The translations under genes were made by a program, and so were the position numbers. 64,000 nucleotides of DNA, from contig MU058045.1 in NCBI GenBank assembly GCA_013265495.1, positions 319,241 to 383,240 on the forward strand. Reading direction: 5' to 3'. The stretch's first letter is position 1. Each line of letters opens with the position of its first letter. The notes beneath the pieces are model-generated. The model saw only the letters and a program-made list of their open reading frames with translations, searched no databases and had not been told where the DNA came from. The stretch is from Vicugna vicugna (lineage: Eukaryota). Below, piece after piece: positions 1-18,125 of the stretch.

Positions 1-476
1 GGCCTGGGGCGAGGCCAGGCTGGAGATAGACTGGTCGTTAGCAGCGATTGGGTCGAAATCGGACCAATGGACAAGCTGTGGGCGTGGCTGCTGGACGGGC
101 CAGGGTAGAGCCGGGCAAGATGATGAACTAGCCTGTGGGCGGATCTTGAAGTGAAGTTGGGGCCAATGGACTGGCCGGAGGGCGGACCTTGAGGCGGGGT
201 CACAGCCTGGGGCGGAGCTTGGTGCGGGACGGGGTTAATAAACAACAGTGGGCGGAGATTCGGGGCAGGTATATGAATTTGCGAGCAGTAGGTACCGCAG
301 GAAGTTCTCGAGATAGAGATAGGGCATAAACTAAAGCAGTTTTAAGAAGCGGGGCTTGGACTTAAAAGGGTGCGGCTCAGAAGAAGAGGGGAGGTTCCAG
401 AGAGAGCTTGACCCACAGAGCCCCCTTATTTCTATACATTCACATCATATCTGCCCTTTAAACTTTTCTCTTCTAG

Positions 477-6672
<6,196 letters not shown>

Positions 6673-6912
6673 GGACCAGATGGCCGAGACCCTAGTCCTC
6701 GGCCAGTTGAATTGAGAGTTTGGCAGTACTCTTAAGCCTTGTCCCTTTCTACACCTTAACTTTTTCACTTAGGGATCCAGTCCTCTCGTCATTTCATTTC
6801 TAGGGAGGAAGGCTAAGTGGAATTGGGCAGATGGAGGCTTTGAACCCACCTGAAATGCACTATCCATTTACTCTTTGGCTTCTTGAAGAAGCTCCTTTGG
6901 ATAGTAACACCT

Positions 6913-7566
6913 AGGTTCCCAACGAAATGGAACAAAGAACAAGAACTAGACTGTAAGCCTTAAGAGGGCAGGAAATATGTCTTGTTCACTGTACAAGCAC
7001 CTAGCACAGGTCCTAACCTAAGTAGGTGCTTAGCATTGGTTGAATGAATAGGGATTTTTTTTTTCTGTAAGGAAATACACTAAGTGATAGTGCTTATGTT
7101 TGCATGTTGGGACTAGTGGTCATTTTTCTTTGCTTTTACCTTTCTGTAGTTTATTGTATTTTGCAGTAAGTATTATTTTTAGGATAAAAAAGGGTTACTT
7201 CTAAAAGGGTGCATTTGTAATGGGGGGAGAAGTGCACTTTAAGGTTCCCAACGAAATGGAACAAAGAACAAGAACTAGACTGTAAGCCTTAAGAGGGCAG
7301 GAAATATGTCTTGTTCACTGTACAAGCACCTAGCACAGGTCCTAACCTAAGTAGGTGCTTAGCATTGGTTGAATGAATAGGGATTTTTTTTTTCTGTAAG
7401 GAAATACACTAAGTGATAGTGCTTATGTTTGCATGTTGGGACTAGTGGTCATTTTTCTTTGCTTTTACCTTTCTGTAGTTTATTGTATTTTGTAGTATTA
7501 TTTTTAGGATAAAAAAGGGTTACTTCTAAAAGGGTGCATTTGTAATGGGGGGAGAAGTGCACTTTA
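6913..7566 (+). repeat. Near-perfect tandem duplication, 329 + 325 bp
   Basis: Copy 1 6913-7241 and copy 2 7242-7566 differ, by eye, only at ttgcagtaagtatt versus ttgtagtatt. Confidence 0.95.
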
Positions 7567-8507
7567 AAAACCTCCACTCAAGTTGGAACTTTGCTCCAAC
7601 TTGGACAAGCTGCTCAGAACTTGGACAAGCTACTAAACTGTTCTGTGCCTCAGTTTCCCCATCTGTAAAATGAAGCTAGTCTGAGGATCATATGAGAAGA
7701 TGGGAAGAAAAGCATTATACAATATATACCAGGAGTTGCAAACTGGTGTGTTTTGCTTCGCCCATATTTTTGGGAAGCAAAACTTAAAATCTGAACCGTT
7801 TACTACTTTTAAAATGTGGATATTTCACAGAGAAATTTGAATTTCTCACTTCTCTTGAAAAATTTAATGAACTGCAGTGACACTAGGTCTGCTCCCCTAT
7901 TGGCAGCAACCTGCTGGAGCTGGTTAATAGCTGCCCACTCTGGTCAAGGTATTTGTACCAGAGCTCCTCAAAGCCCCCACCCACCTGATCTGCTTCACTT
8001 AGTTTACTTGCCCATCCTTGTATAACACTGGACAAAATACATGGGAGGGGAGGAGGGGGGACAAGGAATTGAAGCCCCTGGGAGGCTAGGAGTGGAACAA
8101 GAAAGGGTGTTGGTGTCTCTTATGGCCATCACACATTTTGTGCCTCAGTTTCCTTTCAGTTTAGAGAAAGGGCTGCACCTGTTTGAAGGCAGGGCCTTTC
8201 TGGGACGTGAAGATCTTGTGCCCAGCAGGCTGTGTGAACTGGACTGAGTTAATGTTTCTGCCTGGAGGTCAGAGCAAAGTCAGCTTGAGCCTAGTGGCTG
8301 TAGCAATTACAGTGAAGTACCTAGGGTCAGCAGGCTCTCACACCTACTCAACTGCTGGAAGTTGTCCTAAGAGGGAGAATAGGGCTACAACTCACAGGGA
8401 CCCCTGTGGGACAAGGTTAGTGTGTCCCTGTCCAGCCAGACCCACCAGCCACACCAATAATTGCACCTGGCATCCCACTGCGGAGCACAGTTTGTTTGTC
8501 TTGTTGG

Positions 8508-8513
8508 TTTATT
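8508..8513 (-). terminator. Probable ZBTB4 polyadenylation signal
   Basis: AATAAA on minus strand about 2.55 kb past the ZBTB4 stop codon. Confidence 0.65.
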
Positions 8514-11058
8514 GGCCTAGAGAGTTGGACACACACACAAATGCGGAGATAAATATTGGTCAGTTTCTCTAAATCTGGGTCCTCACTACGTATAGAGCTA
8601 GAGTCTGTAGAATTCTAAATCTTGCGTGCTGTGGCACAGAACCAGTGGCCTTCCCACTCCACCGTCACCCTTCTTCCCAGGGAACATGGGGAAAGAGGGC
8701 ACAGACTGACAAGACTTGATCATTTTCAAAAGATGAAATTGCCAAATCCCAAATTTCCAACACCTGAAATTCACAATATTCAAGTTCCCCAGCTCAGATA
8801 CATATATTTTAATCTCCTTTTCGCCACAATCTCCTTTGTTGCCCAGAACCACCAAATTCTGGAAACTATTTTCCTAAATCATATTTTCAAAAAAATAAAT
8901 GTCTACAATCTCAGTTCTCCCAAAATGTCCATGGTTTCAGAATTTTGACCTGTTATGAAATTCAAATTCCCTGGTCTATCCTCAACCCCTTCTGTTTCCT
9001 GTGCCTTTCTGCCTCATAGGAGTGCAGGTTAAGGATATAGGGGGACTGTCATCACACCTGCCCCCTGCCTCCAAGGCCTTCCTCAGTCTCTCTTGTGGTT
9101 CCGCTGTGTAAATATATATATAATTTGTGTGTAGATATATATATGTATTCTTTATTATGTACTTTTTTTCCCCGCAGTTTTTCTAAAGTGCCAGAAACAA
9201 GATTTGTGGGAATTTTTTAGTGATTTTTTTTTTGCATTTTCCCATGTTTTAAACTTTTCTTCCCCTTAAAAATTGGAACTTGGTACATTCAGTAGGAAAC
9301 TCTTCACTCGGATTGTGGCCAAGACCAAGAAAAGTGCAAAGAGACAGAGGAGGAGTGAAGGAGCGCCACTCCTCCGTGGTTAACATTCAGGGAGCCTGTC
9401 GAAACCTCCCCTTTCCATATGCTGGGAGGGTGAGACAAGGCAGGATGCTCCTGTCCCTCCGCCAAAACCACCTCCCTCCAAAAGCCATGATCTTGCCCTT
9501 TGAGCATCTGTTGAGAGGGCAGCCATCTTGGCCCCAGAAAACAGTAGCTGGGAAAAAGGCTGCCATTTTGATGACAACAGCTTTTCCCCTTTTCAAACTG
9601 CACTCCTCTAATTCCCATTTATCACATTTGCTCCCCTAAACTGGCTCTCCCCGTGTGGGCTGTTTTTTCCTGGGGAGAGGTGGATGGATGGGAAATGTTC
9701 ATTCAGTCACAGAGTGGGGAGGCCCAGTTATCAAAGGGAATTAGGAGCAAACATTTCTTCAACTCCCCCACTGGAAGGAAACATAGGGACCCCTGACCAG
9801 GGTTAACTAGTGCAAATTAGGGATTAGGGACTGATAAGGTCCCTGTACCCCATCCCTAGGCTGGGATCTTTGGGTGTGGGGAACTGAGTCAAAGATGGGG
9901 TATAAGGTGCTATTTTGCAGGGAAAGTTGGTGGGGATACCCCAAAACCCACCAAGGGGGTAGGATGGTTCCCCAAAAAACCATCTGGAGTGACTGGTGAG
10001 GGAAATGATCCTGGGGAAGATGGGGGTGAAGGTAAGGATGGGAGGTCATGTGCAAATCTTGGGCTTACCCACCCATCCAACCCCCATCATTTTTCTGGCT
10101 ATTTGGTCTAGTCTGGGAGAAACCATCGGGAAAAAACAGGGAGAAAGTAGATTCCCTTCCCCATCCCATATAGAGCTCCTCCCTCCTGGCCCCCAAATCT
10201 GGTTTAGCCCAGAAGAGGCCATATGTAGAGGCAAGAAGAGGTGCAGTCTACTCAACTCTTTTGCCTTGGAAGAGTCTGGGGCTCACTAGATTTGGGGGCC
10301 AAGGTAGGGCTGAGATTGGTGCTGCCCTGGGCTGAGAAAGTACTCAGCCATGGAACAGACAGGTAACCCTGCCCCCAGCACCTCCTTGACCTGGATTGGG
10401 AGAGGCCATCCCCAGAGTCTAGGAGTATAAGGAGCAATATGGAAGATCCAAAGGCATGGAAGCCAAGAAAGGCATGGCATCTTCATGTGAAGGAAACAGG
10501 GACACAGAAACCCAGCCTTGGGAAGAATGGAGTCCAGAGCCACACTCCCAGGTAGGGGGCTGTCAGGTATCACAATGGTCTGGTCCAGGCCCTGGGCCAC
10601 AAAGAATGGAATGTGCTAGGAAGCATCTGGGCAAGGGCTTAGAGAAAGCATCAGAATGAGGGGGGATCGTTAGGTGAGAGAGATGGTTTCCCCCTAGGTT
10701 TACGAATCAGGGGGGCGGGTTAGACATTCAGAGCTGGTGGGAGCCGTGAGTAGAGATTCATATAAGTATATTGCTCAGTTGCCCCAAGGGCTGGAGAAGG
10801 GATGGGAGCTGGCCCTGCCTGTCATGGAAGCCATTCCCTGGAGGAGAACTGAGAGGGGAACCACCAAAGATCCCTTCCCAGGAGATGGGAAAACTACAAT
10901 CTCACACAAAGCAGCCTGACCCCTGAGCTCCAGAGGCCCCCAAGTCCCTGCACAAGCATGTGGAGGGGCTCCCAAGGGGCAAGGAGGCCAAGGAGCTGGT
11001 AGTGGCGGGGGTTCAGGGAGGGTGGCATCTGGTGAAAGGGGGAATCTGGACCCAGAGC

Positions 11059-13015
11059 TCAACCCACATCTCCCTTCTGGGTTCTTTCAACCCCTGCCCT
11101 TTCCCCTTCTCCCTTAGGGGGCACTGGTGGAGGAAGAGTTGGAGGGGGTGGAGTTGGGGGGGTAGGGGGTGCTGCTTGAGGATTGACTGCGTAGCCAAAG
11201 ACCCCTGGTAGGAAGGGAAGGGCCCCCCCACCCTTCTCATCAGGTAGGACCATGTTAAGAGCAACTGGGAGAGCGGCCAAGTTGCTGAAGTTGTAAGGGT
11301 AGGCGGCAAGGAGCTGGGGGCCATAGACGAGTGGGTAGGGCTCAGGGTAGAAGGTGACTTTGGCAGCCCCCATCCCCTCCAGCCGGTCCCCCTCCCCAGC
11401 CCCTAGTGGCCCCTCACTCCCAGGTTTTCCCCTGCCACTGCCAGATTCCCGGCCGCTCCCAATCAGAGCCAGGGGAAATTCCTGAACAGGTGGGTAAGCA
11501 TAGGTGCCCCCTCCTGCCACCACTGAGGGCTCCTCACCCCCTGAGATGACAGGGTCCTGGAGTGAGGCGGTCTCGGAAGCTTCCTCAGCAGCAGCGCTCC
11601 CGCCACCTGCCTCCCCGCTGGATGAAGAGACTTGCATCTCTTGGGGGGCCTCCTCCTTGACATCCCCAGGTCTGGTGCCAGCGCTGCCCTTGGAGTAGGC
11701 AATGACAGGTGTGGGGGTGCCCCCGGGCCGCTCGGCTGCGTGCCTCTGCCCATGGCGGCTCAGGGCTGCTGCCGTCTTGCACACCTTGGCGCAGTGAGGG
11801 CAGGTGAAGCGGGTGGAAGGCTTACGTCCAGCCCGGGAGTTGTGGGAGCCCCCGCTATGGGCCTCCTGGTGCTTCCGCAGCTTCCTCAGGGTGGTGAATG
11901 TCTGGGCACAGTCCCCGCAGCGGTGCCTCCACTCGCCACGGGCATGCCCTGCGGGGCCCTCGGCCGCCGGAGTCTCCTCCCAGCTCCTTCGCTCCAGCTT
12001 CTGTTTCCAGCGAGGTGGCCGGCGGCCTCTGGGCATCCCGCTGCCCCCACTGCTGCCCGGGCCTGCAGCTCCGGCCTTGCGCTTGGGCTTGTAGGAGTAG
12101 TAGGGCCTCCAGAGCTGGTCCTCCCCACCGGCCTTCGACTCCTCCTCCTCATCCTCCTCCTCGTCCTCCTCTTCATCCTCGTCCTCCTCCTCATCATCCT
12201 CCTCGCTCTCCTCCATCTCCTCTCCACTTAGCTCCCCAGGACGTAGGTCAGTTTCTGAGATGCGGCGCTTTACAATGGCCTCCTCACCGATTCGCACAGT
12301 GATCTGACACAGTGGAGGTGGAGCCTGTAGCTGGGAGGGGCCCCGGCCAGGCCCTGCAGGGGGACCCCCACCCCCACCAATCCCGCCAGCTGGCTTGGCC
12401 GTGTAAGTCAGAGTCCTCGCGGCCCGTGGGTTCCGGCCCTTGGCCTCCTCTGCAGCTGTGGCGGGCCCTGCGGCCGTTGCTGGGCTGCCGGCTGTGGCTG
12501 GGCTGGTCAGTGTGGCTGCAGGCTCTGGGGGAGGAGGTGGGTACTCACGTTTTTTGGGGGGCCTCGGGGGAGCAGTGTAAGTGATGACTGAGGCGGCTTG
12601 GGCACCCCCTGTGCTGGCCGGCCCACTCCCCGCCCCAGCGCTGCTGCTGCCCCCGTGGACAATGACAGAGGGAGCCGGGTGGGCAAAAGTGATGACAGAA
12701 GGTGGGGGGCCAGGTTCTGGGGCAGGTGGGGGTCCGGATGGTGGGCTGGCCGGCATTGCTGCAGGGGCTGGGGTGTTGAGGCTTGGAGAAAGGGGGGCCT
12801 CGGGGGCTCCCTGGCTATAGGTCTTGTAGGGCCGCTTGGCTGCCCGCATGGGGAGCAGGCGGTACAGCTTGAGGGTATTGAGCTTGGGCTTATAGCCTCC
12901 ATTGGGCGTCTTCTCACTGGCTAGGAGGCCCGGGCTGATGCCATGGAAGGCTCGCTGGTGGGTCTTCAGGTTATAATAAGTGACAAAGGTCTCCCAGCAG
13001 AAGATGCACTGGTAC
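11059..13015 (-). CDS. ZBTB4: ZBTB4 last coding exon
   Basis: cccag|G TAC CAG TGC ... TQKGDVG TGA. Confidence 0.95.
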
Positions 13016-14781
13016 CTGGGCCAGGACAGCAGAGAACAGGGCAGGGACAGAGCCACTTGAGTCAGGAGTTCTGAAGCCAGGGCCTCAGCTTCCCACATCC
13101 TCTCCTGCCTCCACTCGGACTTCGAACTGCCCTAGCCATTTGCTCATGCTCCTTCCAGGCTGCTTGTCTCCCCCGTCAGCCTTGGAAGGGACACCAGTCC
13201 CAGTTCAGTGCCCCTCACTGGCTGTCAGCTGCCAGGCCTCAGCTGTTCCATCTGAACTGGGAATGATCACATACCTTGCCTAACTCACAAAGCTTTCTTC
13301 TGAAGTTCAAATGACAAAATAGGGAAATATTTTATGAACAGGGGTACATTGTGGAAATATGTATTATAACTGTTAGTGGACATGCCTGTGTTCCCCAAAG
13401 TCCTGTTCTGTGAGGCAACTTTCTCTTTCCTCCTTGGCCTTTTCCACAGCATCAAGCTGGGACATGGCACCCAGGGGTGCTAATAAACAGCAGCAGAAGG
13501 AAACAGGGCTGGAGGGAGGCAGATGGGTGAGTGATGGAAAGCAGGTGAGTGGGCATCTCTAAGATGCCTTTCTAGGCCCTCACTCTTGTCCATGTGGTCC
13601 CTGAGTGGACAAGGTCCCATGTGACCCTTCCACTCCACCCACCCCTGACCCTGGGCCCCCCAGGCCACTCACCTGCGCTCCCCGGTGTGCCACACCTCAT
13701 GCTTGGTACGGTACTCAGCCAGGGCGAACACCTTCTCACAGTAGCGGCAGGGGTACTTCCTCCGCCACGAGTGGACATTGCTGTGCCGCTTCAGGCTGGA
13801 CAAGGTCACGTAGGAACGCTCACAGGCTGCGCACACGTAGAGCACGTGGCCACCCACCACCTTCACCACATGCTCAGGGCCACCTCGGAAGCCCACCGGT
13901 GGGGGCAGGGCTGAGGCATCGACTCCTGCAGGGCCACTGGGGCCAGAGCCCCCAGTTCCCACCACTGCAGACCCCCGAGTGCCAGCCCCCCTACGGCACT
14001 GTGCCTCATGGGTCTGCAGCCGCTTGGGATGGATGAAGCTTTTCCCACAGCGGGGGCAGGGGAGGGGCCGCCGGGGCAGCAGGGGCTGTGAGTCAGGGGC
14101 CTGAGCCTCAGCCCTGTCACCCTCCCACTCCCTGGCTGGCCTAGTCCCAGGCCCGAAGCTGTCCTCTTCAGGCTGTGAGGTGGCCATGGGGGCTGGGGCA
14201 GGAGGTATCCAAGCATCACCTCCCTCCCCCAGGCCCTGCAGGCGGGAGATGCCCAGACGCCGCCCCAGAGCTCCAATCTCTGCCACAGCTGCCCCATCCC
14301 CTCCGCCGCCAGGTAGTGCCAGCCGGGCACTGTAGATGAAGTTGAGGACATCAGAGAAGGCAGCTGCTGGGACCCCTGGCAGCTCTAGGACCCGGGGTGG
14401 GGATGAAGCAGGAGGCGAGGCTGGAGGGGGAGAGGAGGAGGACGAGGATGAGGAGGACGAAGAAGAGGAAGAAGAGGAAGAAGAGGAGGAGGAGGAAGAG
14501 GAGGAGGAGGAGGACGACGAGGAAGAGGAGGCAGCTGTGGTGGTGGCAGGGTTGGGAGCTGAGCCCCCAGTAATTGGTGGGAGCGGTAGAGGAGCTGAAG
14601 CCAGCAGGGCCTCTCTGAAGAAGGGACTAGAAGCAGCCAGGACACTGCGGTGAGCAGGGAACTTGGTGTCTCCAGCTATGAGGGTGACGTCACAGAAGAG
14701 GCCACGGAGCCGCTGCTCGTTGAGCTGGCGCAGGACAGCGGGGGCATGGGACGGGTCCGTCACCTCTGCTGGGGGGGGCAT
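11059..14781 (-). CDS. ZBTB4: Zinc finger and BTB domain-containing protein 4 (1021 aa)
   Basis: Coding exons 14781-13673 and 13015-11059 joined by a phase-2 GT-AG intron (3066 nt). Ser-interrupted BTB (FCDVTLIAGDTKFPAHRSVLAASSPFF), Kaiso-type C2H2 cluster (YVCAACERSYVTLSSLKRH, YPCRYCEK, YQCIFCWE), acidic tract, two further C2H2 fingers. Confidence 0.97.
13673..14781 (-). CDS. ZBTB4: ZBTB4 first coding exon (exon begins at 14790)
   Basis: ctag|gctggcgccATG ... HTGER AG|gtgagt. Confidence 0.95.
14431..14529 (-). repeat. Coding (TCN)33 poly-serine tract in ZBTB4
   Basis: 33 consecutive Ser codons counted from the DNA. Confidence 0.9.
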
Positions 14782-15028
14782 GGCGCCAGCCTAGACAGAG
14801 AAGAGGCCAGGGAGGATCTCAGAGGCAGGGCAGAGGGTAGAGGTCTCTGCAATCAGGGAGGTGAGCTGAGAGAGGTTGGAGGCTGTTGGTCAGAGACTGG
14901 TGGAAGGCTGACTAACTTCTGGTGACAGAAGCCAGGGGTCAACCTGAGCCACCCCACATCTGGCCAGCGTCCAATGCCAGTAAGTCACACGTCTAGTGCT
15001 GGAAGAGGCCAGGGATGCCTCAGGTCTT

Positions 15029-15167
15029 TTTTTCACCATTTTGCGGGGGGTGGGGGGGTAAGTAATTAGGTTCACTTACTTATCTTAATGGAGGTACTGG
15101 GCATTGAACCCTGGACCTCATGCATACTGAACATGCACTCTACCACTGAGCTGTACTCTTCCCCCAC
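15029..15167 (-). mobile_element. tRNA-derived SINE (Vic-1-like) with 13-bp target-site duplication
   Basis: A and B boxes on minus strand; TGCCTCAGGTCTT at 15016-15028 and 15168-15180. Confidence 0.85.
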
Positions 15168-15366
15168 TGCCTCAGGTCTTGATGAAGGTCAGGGGTCAAA
15201 ACCTCCAAGGCACAGACTAGCGAGGTAACGCACTGGGAGGAGGAGGCCCCCACAACTGCTGATGACCATTTCACAAGGCTCCCCAGCCTGGACACAACGG
15301 CTGCCCTTGCTGGCCTGCTGCCTCATGCCCATTTTCCCTCGCTGCGGACCTCTCACACCATCTCAC

Positions 15367-15436
15367 CTGACAGCACAGCCAACATGGAGCGGAGCCGGGG
15401 TGGCTCAGCGAGTCCCTTCTGTCGGGCCTCTTCCCT
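15367..15436 (-). other. ZBTB4: Probable ZBTB4 5'UTR exon (70 nt)
   Basis: Strong acceptor tttctgtttctccacag and donor CAG|gtgaga on the minus strand; size and position fit my recollection of the human gene. Confidence 0.7.
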
Positions 15437-17080
15437 CTGTGGAGAAACAGAAACCACATTCTCAGGAAGGGAACTGGGCAAGACAGGACGCAGGGGGTGG
15501 GGGTGGCGCAGCGCTCAAGGCCAAAGAAGCCAGGGCTGCTCTGCAGACCCTGACCCTCCCAGGAGCCTGTCAGGTTGCTTGCTTAATTAGCTGCAGCCAG
15601 TCAGACCTAGGAGGTCACACAGGTTGTTGCAAAGCCTTGTTCTGCTTGCCCCAAGAAGTATAGGAACAAGATAATTTGCATATTCCCAATTTGCCTCAAA
15701 ACAATCCAGCAGCCTACTTCAGCCCCTAGGCCCAGGGAAGCCTGCTGGATCACTCTCAAGTCCCTTTGGCCCAATCTTCGGGGCTCAAAGGAAATCAAAG
15801 ATTTGCATGTTGTCTTTCATTTTAATAGTCTCATTTACATATCAAAATAGATTTGCTTGAGCTTTTTCAATGGACCAAGCTGCCAGATACTCAAATTGGG
15901 AGAGGACCTCTTCATTTGAAATCTTAGAGGGAGTTTCTGGCCTACATGCCAGGCAACCACCAAAGATCACGAACTCATGCACACGGGCCAGCTTGCTCTA
16001 ATCTCTGGAGGGGACTGGAAAGGCCACTGGACCGGAAGTGAGGAAGTTTGAGTCCCACTCCTTACTTTGAGTGCTGGTGGCTTTGGGACTTTGGCTTAAA
16101 AATGGGGGTGGGAGTGAGGAACGCAACCCCTACCTCACCTCTTGCTGGGAGGCTCATCCAAAAGGAATAGCAGGCACCCCACACGCACACCGTGGCGGTC
16201 ACCACACAGAAAGCACCTCACAGCCGCTTTCCCCTGTGGGCACAGCCAGGGCTTTGGGGGCTCATTTTTCAGTTGAAGATCTGAGTTCCACAGCCATACA
16301 GGAACTTAGCCAAAGACACACAGAGCTGGTCGTAACAGGCGGGGCCTGTTCACAGGCCAGGCCTGCTGACCCGAGAGCAGAGCTTGCTGCTCCTTGTCCA
16401 CCCTCTGTGAAGCCTGGGGGTCTCCCTTCCGCACGCCCTGGGTCATCCATGACTCCGAGGTGTCCTACGTCAGGAGTTCCTCATACAATCCCCCCCTCTA
16501 AAAAAAAAACGCTCTCTTCCCATTTATTACTCATACTATCTAGACTAAGAGGACTCCACAGCCCATTTCACACCCCCAAGAGACTGTTCTGACTCCTGTC
16601 CTGGAAGAGGAGGTGGAGGGTGGTGAACAGGGGTGATATTCCAAAGTTCTAACAGCCCCAACTGCCATGCACACACCTGGGTCAAGTGCTACCATCCGTT
16701 GCTGGATTGCAAGCAGGTAGGGAATCCTGGGGAAGAGGCCCTGCTCGAGGGCTGGTGTTCAGTTCTGGTTGTAAAATGAGGAGAAAGAGCAAGGCTTCCC
16801 ACTCCCTTCCAAGATAGCCACTAGCCCACCGGGACCCCCAAGAGTCGGCTTTACTTGCCTTACCTCATTTCTTCCTAAGGTAGCAGTTAGCTTCCTGATT
16901 TTAAAGTGACAGACCGAGGCTCAGAGACACTAGGTAACTGCCCAATGATACATGACCAGTGAGTAGCGGGGCTGGGATCTGATCCCAGAAAGTTTGGCAC
17001 CAAAGCCTGTGTTCTTGATTATATCACATCGAGATGAAGGCCATGTTTACAGCTATGATACTGTGATATCATATGAAATT

Positions 17081-17297
17081 AAGTTGACCCGTGAACAACA
17101 TGGGTTTGAACTGCTCAGGTCCAGTTCCATGTGGATTTTTTCAACAGTAAATACTACAGTTCTACATGATGTGAGTTTGGCTGAATCTGAGAATGTGGAA
17201 CTTTGGATACAGGGGGCCGACTGTAAGGCTATACTTGGATTTTTCACTGTTTGGAGTATCCGCATCCCTAATCCCCACATTGTTCAAGGGTCAACTG
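17081..17297. mobile_element. Tigger2-type non-autonomous DNA transposon
   Basis: Terminal inverted repeats agttgacccgtgaacaa ... ttgttcaagggtcaactg, followed by TA. Confidence 0.75.
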
Positions 17298-18125
17298 TAT
17301 ATATATTTGATCTTTGTCCCCATTCCTGACTCAGAGCTCCTAAAACTCTAATTTCCCAAGTGATAGGGATGTTAGGAGCATCTTGTTCTGATATTTGGTC
17401 TTTGACCCCAGTTCCTAACATAAAGCTCCTGAACCCTTTGGAATTTCCTGGGTGATAGGAGCATCTCTTGTTTTAATGAGGCAAATCTTGCTGGGCTTGT
17501 GGATGGGGACTGGTCACCAGAAGCCATGGCTGGAAGCTTGGAACATTCAGACCCACCCCCACCAAAAGGGCCTGGGAGGGGAAAGGGCCTGCAGACTGAG
17601 TTACTAATTGATCATGCCTATGTGATGAGGCTTCTGCAAAATTCCCTAAATTATGGGGTTCAGAGAGCTTCCGGGTTGTTAAACTCACACACTGAGGTCA
17701 TGGACCTGCACTTTGTAGAGACAGACGCTCTTCCACTCAGGACCCTTCTAGACCTTGCCCTCCATACCCCTTCACCTGGCTGTTCATCTGTACTGACAAA
17801 TCCTTTATTATACAATAAACCAATAAACATAAGTATTTCCCTCAATTCTATGAGCCATCCTAGCAAATTATCAAAACTGAGGAGGGGGTCGTGGGGAAGC
17901 CTGATTTCTTGCTGGTCAGTTAGGAGTATGGGAGGCCACGATTGGCACCTGGCGCCTGAAGTGGGGGCCGTCTTGTGGGACTGAGCCCTTAACCTGTGGG
18001 ATCTGATGCTACCTCCTAGCAAATAGTATCAAAATTGAATTGAACTGCAGGACACCCAGCTAGTGTCAGAAAATTGAACAGTGTGGGGGAAAACCCCACA
18101 CATTTGGTGTCAGAAGTGTTGTGAG
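17298..18125. mobile_element. Solo LTR, MER21-like
   Basis: Internal ~80-bp direct repeat (tttg..ccc..ttcct...agctcct), AATAAA; family recognised from memory; boundaries approximate. Confidence 0.55.

Noticed and set aside
7578..7632. Small hairpin CAAGTTGGA/TCCAACTTG and duplicated AACTTGGACAAGCT
   Set aside because: Lies at the edge of a MIR-like fragment and is short enough to be a local slippage product.
11463..12924. Many ORFs overlapping the last ZBTB4 exon on both strands
   Set aside because: Shadow ORFs of GC-rich coding sequence with no independent support.
14336..14653. Plus-strand poly-Glu ORF
   Set aside because: Antisense reading of the ZBTB4 poly-Ser codons.
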